Assembly: GCF_001194135.2 (NCBI RefSeq)
Contig: NC_069003.1
Location: forward strand, 9,505,047-9,549,851
Origin: Octopus bimaculoides
Lineage: Eukaryota
Direction of reading: 5' to 3'
Length of the DNA: 44,805 nt
Of the stretch, positions 23,395 through 34,970 are shown one piece after another; position 1 is the stretch's first letter; every line of letters starts with the position of its first letter. Below the pieces are notes generated by a model, which made no database searches, was not told where the DNA came from, and was given only the letters and a program-made list of their open reading frames with translations. Both the position numbers and the translations under genes were made by a program.

Positions 23395-23784
23395 ATGTCT
23401 GTGTGTCCTGACACAATGGAGGGTGTATTTGATCTGGGTGAGGCCCTTCAAGGTTTAGCTGATATATTAGCAGGTTAACTGATATTTTACACAATAACTC
23501 CCGCACCATCACCACCATCGCCACCATATATCTGATTCAGCTACAAGTTGCCAAATCTCTTCAAGTGTTGCTAGGAGTGCGTGCGGTAAGAGGGCTGGTA
23601 TGAGGGTGGGGTTTGGGGTCAGTGTGGGTCAGGTGGAATGGGCGGAGAGTCGGTGGCGGGGGGGTGCAGGTTTCAGCCACTGCTTTGTGGCTCACGCAAC
23701 AAACTGTCGGATTTTCACTACAGTAAATCATAGCCATTAATCAAACGCTCTTGCAAAATGGTTCAGAAAGAATGTGTATGTGTG

Positions 23785-23945
23785 CGCACATGCATTTTTG
23801 AGAGTGTGTGTGTGTGTGTGCACACGTGCATTTCTGAGTGTGTGTGTGTGTGTGTGCACATGTGCATTTCTGAGTGTGTGTGTGTGCATATGCATTTTTG
23901 AGCGTATGTGTGTGTGTGTGTGTGTGTGCACGTGCATTTTGGCAT
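23785..23945. repeat. Minisatellite GCA(C/T)(A/G)TGCATTT(T/C)TGAG(TG)n, about 5 units
   Basis: Direct reading. Confidence 0.85.
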
Positions 23946-24940
23946 GTGTGTGGGTTGATGCAGCGTCTGTATAAGCATATGTATGTTAGCGTGTGTTTGT
24001 ATGTGTATTGGTCGTGTCTATGTGTTCGTGTATATTTGTGTGTGCGTGTGCATGTCGATGCAATGTGTATAAGTAAGCATGTATATGTTAGTGCTTGTGT
24101 GTATGTGTGCGTCCATGCATTGGTGTGTGGCTACATGTATAAGTGTGNNNNNNNNNNGTATATTTGTGTGTGCGTGTGCATGTCGATGCAATGTGTATAA
24201 GTAAGCATGTATATGTTAGTGCTTGTGTGTATGTGTGCGTCCATGCATTGGTGTGTGGCTACATGTATAAGTGTGTGCATGTTTGTATATATGCACGTGT
24301 GCATGCGCGTGTTTATACATGTGTGCACATGCATGTGTGTGCATACACGGATGTATATGTCTATGTGCAATCATAAATCTGCATGTATGCTTGCGTATGT
24401 ATTTGTGCAACCGAGGCTGTATCTGTGTGTGTGTTTGTGAAGATTTGTGTGCGCGCATGCGTAGGAGGGAGGGCGGTGGTGTTGTCTTTATGCAAATAAG
24501 CTGTGATAAATCTTGCATCAAATGGTGACGGAGTGGCGCAGGGAGGAGTGGGGTCAGGTGGGAACGGGGGGGGGGGTTGCGTCGAATGTTTGGTTAATCA
24601 ATGTCAATAATAACATAATGGAATAATTAACTTATCTTTGGCTTTTTGTTCTCGGCCAAACTATTCATCATCACTGGCCATCTTTATTTAATATTGCACG
24701 TCACCCCCAACCAACATCACCACCACCACCACAACCAACATCACCACCGCCAACATCACCTTCACCACCATCACTATCACTACCATTAACATCACTGTCA
24801 TCATCATCATCATCATCGTCATCACCAACATAACCACCATTACCTTCATCGGCGCTACAGTAATCCCTCGACTATTGCGGGCGTTATGTTCCCAAACCCA
24901 CCCCCCTACGATGGGTGAAAATCTGTGAAGTAGAAACAGT

Positions 24941-25419
24941 ACTCTCTTTTACTCTTTTACTTGTTTCAGTCATTTGACTGCGGCCATGCTGGAGCACCAC
25001 CTTTAGTCGAGCAAATCGACCCCAGGACTTATTCTTTCTAAGCCTAGTACTTATTCTAGCAATCTCTTTTTGCCGAACCATTAAGTTACAGATACATAAA
25101 CAAGCCTAGTACTTATTCTATTGGTCGCTTTTGCCGAACCGCTAAGTTACGGGGACATAAACACACCACCATCTGTTGTCAAGCGATGCTGGGGGGACAA
25201 ACACACACACACAAACATATACACACACATACATATATATATATACACATATATACAACGGGCTTCTTTCAGTTTCCGTCTACCAAATCCACTCACAAGG
25301 CTTTGGTCGGCCCGAGGCTATAGTAGAAGACACTTGCCCAAGGTGCTACGGCAGTGGGACTGAACCCGGAACCATGTGGTTGGTAAGCAAGCTACTTACC
25401 ACACAGCCACTCCTGTGCC
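24941..25419 (-). mobile_element. SINE family B, full length, with internal ~62-bp tandem duplication
   Basis: AAGCCTAGTACTTATTCTA...TTGCCGAACC..TAAGTTAC...ACATAAAC occurs twice (~25040 and ~25102). Confidence 0.92.
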
Positions 25420-25589
25420 TGTAACTGTATATTTTTTTTCTATTATTTTTATAATTCATATATATTTATTCTATTATAAATGCAAAACAACACCACACAC
25501 TCGCCTCCCGAGTTCCATTTCCCTACAGTATTGTTATTCTTTTGTTTGTTTGTTTCAGTCATCCGACTGCAACCATGCTGGTAAGAAGC

Positions 25590-25960
25590 TTGCTTCCAAG
25601 CCACATGGTTCTAGGTTCAGTCCCACTGTGTGGCACCTTCGGCGACTGCTGCTTACGATAGCCTTGAGTCGACGAGAGCCCTGTGAGTGGATTTAGTAGA
25701 CAGAACATGAACGAAGCCTTTTGGGATGGGGTGGGGTGGGAGTGATTTTGCGTTTGTCCTCCACTGCAGCTTGACCACCGGTGCTAGTTTGTTTACATTC
25801 TTGTAACTTAACGTTTCGACAACAACAACATAAACAGACCCAAAGAAGAAGTACCAGGCGAATGGGAAAAAATAGGTACTGGGGTTGATTTGTTTGACTA
25901 AACCCTGCGGAGTAATGCCCCAGCATGGCCTCTATCTAAAGAGTAAAACAAATAAAAGAT
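25590..25960 (+). mobile_element. SINE family B, diverged copy, head-to-head with the previous copy
   Basis: GGTAAGAAGCTTGCTTCC...GGTTCAGTCCCACTGTGTGGCACC...GTGAGTGGATTTAGTAGAC...TACTGGGGTTGATTTG. Confidence 0.8.
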
Positions 25961-26159
25961 AGAAGCTCTCTCTCTCTCTCTCTCTCTCTACATATGTGTG
26001 TGTGTGTGTGTATTTGTAGCTTTGACAAAGAAAGTAAAGTAATAGCGATTAAGTTGAAACGATGACCAAATATGCTGTGTGTGTGTGTGTGTTTAATTGG
26101 CAAAATATGACCATCCCCACCAAATATAACAACATATGCACACACACACACACACAAAA

Positions 26160-26641
26160 CATTTGAATACACCCCCCCACACTCACATATGCATACACGC
26201 ATGTATACATTCACAAAGTCACATATACATGTGCTCACAGACCCCCCACCCATCCATACATACATGCATTAACACACTCACAACAGCAAACACACATTTA
26301 TATGTGCACACGTACACACACATCACACTTGAATATACCCCCCCCATACGCACACACATGCATACATTCACAGTCACATATACGTGTATTCACAGACTTC
26401 CACCACCACCCATACACGCATTAACACACTCATTCACAACAGCAAACGCACATTCATATGTACGTACACACACACATATATCGCACTTGAATATACCCCC
26501 CCCCCNNNNNNNNNNNNNNNNNNNNNNNNNACACTCACACATGCATACGTTCACAGTCGCACATACATATATTCACAGACCGCCCCATCACCCGTACATG
26601 CATTAGCTCACTCACAACTGCAAACATACATTCATATGTAC

Positions 26642-26650
<9 letters not shown>
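26160..26650. repeat. ~160-bp higher-order tandem repeat, 3 units
   Basis: TTGAATA(C/T)ACCCCCC anchor at ~26164, ~26328 and ~26487, with shared CATTCACA..GTC.CA.ATAC and CAAC.GCAAAC blocks. Confidence 0.85.
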
Positions 26651-26672
<22 letters not shown>

Positions 26673-27254
26673 AAACACTTGCACATATTCTTACGTAATT
26701 GCATTCATGCATATATTCACAAACACACACACATAGACACATACATACATTCACAGTTCACAGACCCATTCATGCATGCATGCATTGGTACCCTCACTCA
26801 TGCAAATCTCTTGCTTCTAACGCATACCTGTACACACACACACACACACACAGTCTCATGCATATGCATACTTATCCACACACGCACATACAGACACGCA
26901 CCAGTTATCACGTAGCAATTGGTAGGTAAAATGGCCGAATCTTTTCCTCATAAATCAAATGTAATTTCAAGTATGGCCCATTCACCTGACATCTTTGATA
27001 ATGCCGCCATTAATATCATTAATAGTCATTGTTGTTGTTGTTGTTGTTGTTGTTATTGCTGCTACTGTTGTTGTTTCATTTATCATAACTGCCTTCCTCA
27101 CCAACCTCACCAATGCACCACCACCACCACCACCACCAATTCTATCTTTATCAACACACACATACACACCTTAATCATTGCCAGTAACAACTGCTGTTGC
27201 TGCTGCCACTACTGCTACTACTACAACTACTACTACTGCTGCTACTACTATTAT

Positions 27255-27286
<32 letters not shown>

Positions 27287-27559
27287 GTATTATCACTTTT
27301 GGCCATAAACATTAAAGTGTCTATGTTTTGCTCCTTTATAAAAACTATCTCTCACACATGCACAGGTAAATATATACATGTGCGTGTGTGTGTGTGTGTG
27401 TGTATTTATGTGTGTGTTTGTCAGAAATTTCAGTGTTTTTTCCATAGTGAGGTGGAACGGATTCAGTAGTCGGATAGAAGGGTAGTTTGTTCAAAATGTC
27501 GAAGTTTTTCATTCGCTAACGTCCGTTTTGTAGTAGAACCGTCGTAGCACAACAGCCAT

Positions 27560-27722
27560 TATACGACTGGTTTCTTTGAGTTTCCATGTACCAAATCCAC
27601 TCACAAGGCTTTGGTCAGCCTGAGGCTGTAGTAGCAGACACTTGCCCAAGGTGCCACACTGTGGGACTGAACCCAGAACCATGCGGTTGGGAAGCAAGCT
27701 TCTTACCACACAGCCATGCCTG
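27560..27722 (-). mobile_element. SINE family B, 5' half
   Basis: ACCAAATCCACTCACAAGGCTTTGGTC...GACACTTGCCCAAGGTGCCACAC...CTTACCACACAGCCA. Confidence 0.9.
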
Positions 27723-29319
27723 CACTTTATGCATACATATACAAACCTATACATGCATTCAAATATGTATCTATGTATATATATACGCACACACACACAC
27801 ACACACACGTGCACGCACGCATATACAAGAGCTCATGTGTATACATGTATACAAAAGGCTTACTGTTTGACTTACACCCTTTGAATTCTTTAATAAACTA
27901 ATTAAATTTTATTACTCATCCTCATACAATTATTCTCTTGTTGAGAGAGAGAGAGAGAGAGAGGGGCAGACAGACGGAGAGAAAGGTAAAGNNNNNNNNN
28001 NNNNNNNNNNNNNNNNNNNNNNNNNNNNNNNNNNNNNNNNNNNNNNNNNNNNNNNNNNNNNNNNNNNNNNNNNNNNNNNNNNNNNNNNNNNNNNNNNNNN
28101 NNNNNNNNNNNNNNNNNNNNNNNNNNNNNNNNNNNNNNNNNNNNNNNNNNNNNNNNNNNNNNNNNNNNNNNNNNNNNNNNNNNNNNNNNNNNNNNNNNNN
28201 NNNNNNNNNNNNNNNNNNNNNNNNNNNNNNNNNNNNNNNNNNNNNNNNNNNNNNNNNNNNNNNNNNNNNNNNNNNNNNNNNNNNNNNNNNNNNNNNNNNN
28301 NNNNNNNNNNNNNNNNNNNNNNNNNNNNNNNNNNNNNNNNNNNNNNNNNNNNNNNNNNNNNNNNNNNNNNNNNNNNNNNNNNNNNNNNNNNNNNNNNNNN
28401 NNNNNNNNNNNNNNNNNNNNNNNNNNNNNNNNNNNNNNNNNNNNNNNNNNNNNNNNNNNNNNNNNNNNNNNNNNNNNNNNNNNNNNNNNNNNNNNNNNNN
28501 NNNNNNNNNNNNNNNNNNNNACTCGATATATCCAAGATCGATTTATTCACCACTCTATGTCAATATATATATATAAAACAAATAATAAATGAGTATATGC
28601 ATATATACGTACAGGTATGTGCATACCTACGTCTACCTGTATATATAGGTGCATATCTGGGTACAGGACATTGCAAACAAAATGTAGACAAAAAAATAAT
28701 AATAACCAGAGTACAGAACACACACAGGCCACATAGAGAACATTTTCCTTCATCAGCTACCCCCATTCTAACACAGGCGTTTCGAAGAGTAGGGATATAT
28801 ATATATATACACTAGCTGAATTACTTGGAAAACCAGGGGTTATCTCCAGTTCCCATTCCCATTACACTGCTTTATGTCCTATCCCATTCCTTTCCCCAAT
28901 CCTATGTCGATACATAACTTTCAGAATCAGTTAGGTGTAATTAAGCCATTAGATATTTCATTAACCTTTCTGGTAATAGTTTATTGCTAAAAGTAGGTAG
29001 TACAAGCTATTAATATGATTAGTGGGTGAATGAAGTATATCCCTATATTATTTTAACAAACGGATATTCCTCTCAGTAAGATAAATGTGTTGACCGATAA
29101 CACAGGGAAAGTGAGGATCATTCCCAGTTCCCATTTACCATTACACTGTTCCATGTCCTATCCCGTTTCCTGTTTAGTTGACAATAGGTATTACAAACTA
29201 TTAATACAATTAGTGTGTAAATAAGGAATGTCTCTATATTATTTTAACCAACGAATATGCATGAGTAGAATAAATTAGATAGATTTACAAATACATTGAC
29301 AAATAGATTTACATATATA

Positions 29320-29356
29320 GGCGCCAGAGTGGCTGTGTGGTAAGTGTATGTGTGTA

Positions 29357-29387
<31 letters not shown>

Positions 29388-29617
29388 GTATATGTTTGTG
29401 TGTCTATGTTTGTCGCCCCAGCATCGCTTGACAACCGATGCTGGTGTGTTTACATCCCCGTAACTTAGTGGTTCAGCAAAAGAGACCGATAAAATAAGTA
29501 CTAGGCTTACAAAGAATAAGTCCTGAGGTCGGTTTCTTTGACTAAAGGCGGTGCTCCAGCATGGCCGCAGTCAAATGACTGAAACAAGTAAAAGAGAGTA
29601 AAAGAGAGTAAAAGAGT
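29320..29617 (+). mobile_element. SINE family B (internally deleted) nested in the Helitron
   Basis: GGCGCCAGAGTGGCTGTGTGGTAAG head joined directly to the (TA/TG)n and the 3' half; GTAAAAGA tail x3. Confidence 0.9.
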
Positions 29618-29718
29618 ATATGTGTTTACAAATAGATTTACAAATACCCAGTTGCATGGGGGAGATTTACAAAGGTATTGACAAATAGATTTACAAATAC
29701 CCGATGGCGTGAGATAGA

Positions 29719-29950
29719 TTTATGCCACTCTACGGTGTACATCCATGCATTAAGATCACCAATTATTTTCCCATCTTTTAGCAACGTCTGCTTCTGGTAG
29801 AAAACCCTTGTGATAAGATCATGCCTGTCATTCCTGCTCTGGCCTCTGTACGAGGTAGGCCTGAATTTTCTTCCACTCTAGGTTACAGGTGAACACTGTA
29901 AAAAGGTCAGGCCAACCAAACTTGCACACATAGGTCATGGCATCCTAGGT
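29719..29950 (-). pseudogene. Helitron Rep (HUH endonuclease) fragment, decayed
   Basis: T*DAMTYVCKFGWPDLFTVFTCNLEWKKIQ, then a frameshift, then DRHDLITRVFYQKQTLLKDGKIIGDLNAWMYTVEWHK; matches Rep motif 1 (FTCNP) and the start of motif 2 (VEWQKRGLPH). Confidence 0.88.
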
Positions 29951-30489
29951 ATAACAAACCACATGTTGTAGCTGGCGTTGTCATGTGTCATGGCTGTATC
30001 TCATGTTGTGCGATAAAAATGGTTAAGATATTTTTGGCATTTGGATTTAATTCATCAAATTAATCTCATGGTGAATCAACTTCTTGGCCATTGGTCATTA
30101 CATTGTTCCATGTCCTATCCATGAATCCTACAGTTGACCATGTCCTTAATGTGATTTTTAGCATGACGTACGTGCGCTGCATGCATAATTGTTTTCCTTT
30201 TGGAAAGCTGAATTGTCCCCACAAAGGTTGCACACTGTTTGAAGGGTTGTAGTTGACAAGGTGGTGCATGGTTGAGCCTTACTTAATTCATATCAGTAGA
30301 TGTGTTATTGATTTGTAGACACATACTACAGCCCCAGCTGAGGGGCCAATTATAGAATTTTATTGAAATTCAAGTAACCTATAATTCAACTGGATGTTAG
30401 TTTAACATGTATGCAAAGTTTCATCAAGATTGGTTCACTGGTGTAAGCAGCAAGATGGTAACAGACAGAAATTGCCATTTACATATTAG

Positions 30490-30543
<54 letters not shown>

Positions 30544-30559
30544 TCCCAAGCAAGCACAT

Positions 30560-30720
30560 AAATGTGAAACAAGGTGGAAAAAAATAGTACTCAAATACCG
30601 GAGGTAGAGTAATATGCTTTATTATAATTACAACTGCCCGACGAATGGCACATGAAACTCTGAGTCATAGTGTTTTGTTATATTTTTGTTATTTTTTTAT
30701 TTGCAACATTTATAATAAAG
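30560..30720. mobile_element. Penelope-like terminal fragment with degenerate hammerhead motif
   Basis: 30633-30671: ACUGC-CCGACGA-AUG-gca-CAU-GAAA-CUC-U-GAGU-C-AUAGU; bracketed by the 11-bp inverted repeat CTTTATTATAA (30617-27) / TTATAATAAAG (30710-20). Confidence 0.5.
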
Positions 30721-31169
30721 TGTGTGTGTGTGTGTGTGTATTTGTCCCCACCACTACTGTTTGACCTAAAGTGTCCTTTGCTTTCTGAAGTCAGTAGGGT
30801 ATGACTTGAGGGGGATTTGACTGCTTTTTTTTCAGTAGGTTGTTCTACTGGCATGCAGAGGCTCCCTCATTTTGTCTCTCTGTAGTTCCTTTATCAGCTT
30901 CTAAATCTCCCTGGCAATAACCCACCCTCAACCCCCGTTACTACTATCTGTCAGGCAGGGCCATGTTGGAGGCCTAGGTACAAGGAAACTGCTTCCTCTC
31001 AATAAAGACGAGACTGTAATAACTAGAACACTTGCTCGATTGTATGTGTTTGTTTTGGACCACCCTACTTGAAGCCTTATCTAGAAAATCTAAGGAAAGG
31101 GCCTTTCTATACTGTTGTTGCCTGATCCTTCCAAAATGGTAATCTGCCTCCAGAAACAATATCTGTTTA

Positions 31170-31525
31170 CTGGCTTAGGTATGGTTGTGTAGTTGAGAAG
31201 CTTGCTTCTGAATTGTGGAGTTCAATCCCACTGCATGGCACCTTGGGTAAATATCTTCTAATGTATCAAACTTTGGTTAAGTGCCAACGAACGAAACTCT
31301 AGGACCTTGAGTCACTCTCTTGCTGTTTTTAAATATTAATAAGAATACACTTATACTCATATTTTGAGTTTTATTATTTATTATTAATTTTTTTTTTGTT
31401 TTGTTTGTATCACCATGCCTGCATGGCTGTGTGGCAAGAAGTTTGCTTCATTACCATAAGGTTCCAGGTTCAGTCCCACTGCATAGCACCTTGGGCAAGT
31501 GTCTTCTTCTATAGCCTTAGGGGGG
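31170..31525 (+). mobile_element. Two family B SINE heads (~31170-31262 and ~31415-31525)
   Basis: GAAGCTTGCTTC...GTTCAATCCCACTGCATGGCACCTTGGG and GGCTGTGTGGCAAGAAG...GGTTCAGTCCCACTGCATAGCACCTTGGGCAAGTGTCTTC. Confidence 0.8.
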
Positions 31526-31760
31526 ACACATTTCATGCTGGCATGGGTTGGACGGTTTGACAGGAGCTGCTAAGCCAGAAGACTACAGCAGGCTTTTGTG
31601 TCTGTTTTGGCATAGTTTTTAAGGTTGGATGCCCTTCGTAACACCAGCCACTTTACAGAGTGAACTGGATGCTTTTCACATGACCTCAGCACCATCCAGG
31701 TTTGCTTTGGCATGGTTTTTACAGCTGGATGCCCTTCTTAACACCATCCGCCCTGCAGAG
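31525..31760 (-). mobile_element. Repeat family E tail with internal tandem duplication
   Basis: CATGCTGGCATGGGTTGGACGGTTTGA...GGATGCCCTT twice (~31628 and ~31728). Confidence 0.7.
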
Positions 31761-32619
31761 TGGTTACAACTTACATAATGATTGAAATAGGATGCCTCAA
31801 CAGAGGATCACCATTTAGGGGGGGACCAATCAACTCATGGGCTGAACTCCCATGGAGCTACAATAATCCTGCTCACAAAGGGCAGGTGCCCTCTCCAATC
31901 TAACTTCTCTTGCATACAGGTGGCATGCTGAAGGAGAACGAACCAACCCATTCACCTGCGCCATTCTCACCAATCTCACCCACCTCTCAACAAATTCATT
32001 GAAGAACTACACCTCTCCGTCTCTCTACACCCACCTTCCTCTCCAAGTGGATCTTGTAGTGGTAGTGGTAGTAGTAGAATCATTAAGTGTGGAAGAACAA
32101 AATATTGTCCCCTTGGGTGTTGTCTGATGGCTATCATTAATGTTATGGAATTAGAGAATTTTGTTTGATTTTTTTTTTTTTTTTTTTTCATTCTTGTTGC
32201 AGTCTGCATTGTTCAGTGTTTGGCCAGTTGTTCGGTTTGTTGGTTGGCTGGTTTGTTGGTTGGTTGGCTGGTTGGTCGGTTGGTATTCGTTTATGTGATT
32301 GAAGCGAGGAAACAAAACAAAAAAAAAATAAAATAATAAAAAAAACTCAACTAGTTGCGTAAGAAACATCACCACTTTAGCAATTATTTTTCCCAGCGCT
32401 TGCTGCATGGCTTTTAATCAAAGATGTAAGAGATCTTAACTCGGAGCTATAATTGTCGACAGTCCATCCATCCATCCATCCATCTTAGCTTAATGTCATT
32501 CATTTATTCAAGTTTTCCTCTTTATTTATAGGCACTGAATATCATCTTTTTCTTACCGCTACTGGCATCATCATCATCATCATCGTCGTCGTCGTTGTCG
32601 TCGTTATTACAACAACAAC

Positions 32620-32822
32620 AAAATGCTTTGCAGCGTTTCATCAGTCTTTTATGTTCAGAGTTCAAATCTCGCCGAGGTCGATTTTGCTCTTTCGTCTTTT
32701 CGGGGTTGATAAATTAAGAACCAATTAAACATTGGGGTCAGTGTAACCATCTAGTCCCCTCCCCTCCAAAATTTCAAGCTTTGCACTTTTAGGAGAAAGG
32801 CTCATTATTATTATTATTATTA
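32620..32822 (+). mobile_element. SINE family A copy
   Basis: GAGTTCAAATCTCGCCGAGGTCGATTTTGC...GGGGTTGATAAATTAAG...AAAATTTCAAGC, then an ATT tail. Confidence 0.8.
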
Positions 32823-32832
32823 GATAGATAGA

Positions 32833-32901
32833 TAGATAGATAGAAGAGTTCTTTACTTTTGTCAATCGTATACAAAAGTAAAGAACTCTTCTATCTATCT
32901 A
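32833..32901. repeat. Perfect 30-bp inverted repeat with 9-nt loop
   Basis: TAGATAGATAGAAGAGTTCTTTACTTTTGT-caatcgtat-ACAAAAGTAAAGAACTCTTCTATCTATCTA. Confidence 0.97.
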
Positions 32902-33143
32902 TTACATTTCTGCTGAGTTACTTCAGTCCTTTATATGAACTATTATTATTATTATTATTTTTATTATTATCATTATTATTACAACATTAATAGTAATAAT
33001 AATAATAATAATTATTATTATTATTATTATTATTTATGTACTGGGGTCAACGTAATCAACTTAATCCCTTCCCCCAAAATTTGAGCCTTCGTGCTTCCAG
33101 TGGAAAAGATTATTAGTATTATTATTATTATTACAACAATGAA

Positions 33144-33455
33144 GGCGCATGGCTCAGTGGTTAGAGCATCAAGCTTACGGTTGTGATGTTGTGAGTTCGA
33201 TTCTCAGACCGGGCTGCGTGTTTGTGTTATTGAGCAAGACACTTTATTTCACGTTGCTCCAGTTAACTCAGCTGCAGAAATGAGTTGTGACATCACTGGT
33301 GCCAAGCTGTATCGGCCCCTTTGCCTTTCCCTTGGATAATATCTGTCGCATGGAGAGAGAGGGGGAGGCTGGTATGCATGGGCGACTGCTGGTCTTCCAT
33401 GAACAACCTTGCCCAGATTCGTGCCTCAGAGGGTGACTCTCTAGATGCTCTCCAA
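33144..33455 (+). mobile_element. SINE family C
   Basis: GGCGCATGGCTCAGTGGTTAGAGC...GAGTTCGATTCTC...GAGCAAGACACTTTATTTCACGTTGCTCCAG... Confidence 0.9.
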
Positions 33456-33477
33456 GTGCTCTTGTTGTTATTTTTAT

Positions 33478-33512
<35 letters not shown>

Positions 33513-33652
33513 CAACCACCAGCATTGCCACTCACTCTCCATCATCTTAATTTGTTCGTATCTCCCACCTCTCCTCTGTTTGTTTCCATACACACTTTTT
33601 GTCTCTTTCTCTTTGTCAGTCTCCTTCATGATGAAACTTATGTACGCACGCG

Positions 33653-33691
<39 letters not shown>

Positions 33692-34970
33692 TAACAACAT
33701 CACATTTTAGGGCAGACTTTTCTTTTCCTCCTACATATGGGAAACCATACTTGTGCTTTGTTATAAAGTAAAGGACATGGTACTTGTTGATAGTTTCAAC
33801 AATGCTCTCTTGCTGTGGAGGCACTTGGAAGCATTCTCTCTCTGCATAAATGCATGGGCGTATGCATGCATGTATACATGTCCATGTGTTGTGTATCCAT
33901 ATGTGTGTGAAGTGATGTCAAGATGCAACAGTGCAATATCTATCTAAAAGTTGCATGTTCTCAGCTTTTGTATAAAGGCATTTCAATGGCTTTAGCATAT
34001 GCTCATGTGTGTATAATACGTGTGTATATAATATATATGTTTGTATGTATGTATGCATAAGCGTCAATCAAACGGGAGAGCCTCTTCTGTATTCTCTCAA
34101 AGCAAGCAACTGTATCATGTAACTCAACTTGCTAGAAATAGCAACCAGAATCTCCTTTAATCCTTTAGCATTCAAACCTGTCATATCCGGCCAAATTATT
34201 CTACCTGTTCTATGTTCAAACTGGCCAGACCTCGCTAACGTTTCTGCCAGCTCGCCACCTTAAATAAAATAAAATATTTAAAAAAAAAACCCCAAAAAAA
34301 CCAGCTCAGTCTTGGTAGGAATCGAACTCTCGATTCTAAGAAGGTAAGATGGAAATAAATGTCTAAGCTAAACGTAAATCTTGGCAAGACTTGAAACTAA
34401 AATGTAAATGAACAACACAAAGTAGTCATTGTGCGATGCTCTACTGCTTCTCCTGTCTCCAAACAGAACCAAGCCCTGTCAATTATTCTATAAAAACAAG
34501 CTCCATTGCTTCAATAGATTGCCAAATTCTCTATGTAAATAAATAAAGAATTTCAAGAAAGAAGCTGCCAAGATTACTTTCAAGTCAACACCACGACCAC
34601 CACCACCACTACCACCACCCACTTCCCAACGTATTGAATAGTTTTGTTCATTTTGCCTCTTTTTTTGTTTTTTTTTATCGTTTTCCAAGTTTGTGTTGTA
34701 CAACTGAAGATCAGCTGGTCTTCAAGTCTTCTTGCCTGTTTCCCCCCACCCTACCCTTCACAATTTTTTTCCTTTTTTTTTTACTTCTATTCTTTTATTA
34801 TGTGTATATACTTGGAAACATGCGATACAGACATTTGTTTAGAGTGCTTGGTCATTTACCAAATTATTTTTTCCTGTTTTCCTCTACAGTTTCATTGTCA
34901 TTCTCCATGTTGTTCTTGTTGTTGTACTTGTTGTTATTGTTATTATTGTTATTATTATTATTATTATTAA

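Larger units (their letters stand above)
28812..30490 (-). mobile_element. Non-autonomous Helitron, both termini present
   Basis: Minus strand: host A|TCTAATATGTAAA at 30490; 3' end CCTGG-TTTT-CCAAG hairpin, 8 nt, then CTAG|T at 28812; internal Rep fragment in the same orientation. Confidence 0.8.

Noticed and set aside
24020-24275. Apparent ~120-bp tandem duplication
   Set aside because: Identical copies on either side of a 10-N gap are typical of unmerged contig overlap (assembly artefact)
28740-28790. Minus-strand GAAAC...CTGATGAAGG, a permuted hammerhead-like signature
   Set aside because: Stem I does not pair and stem II is only about 3 bp; possibly a PLE scrap but not supportable as a ribozyme
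30974-31159. ORF segment ALSLDFLDKASSRV weakly like the LINE RT motif LDxSKAFDRV
   Set aside because: Similarity too weak, with no neighbouring RT motifs
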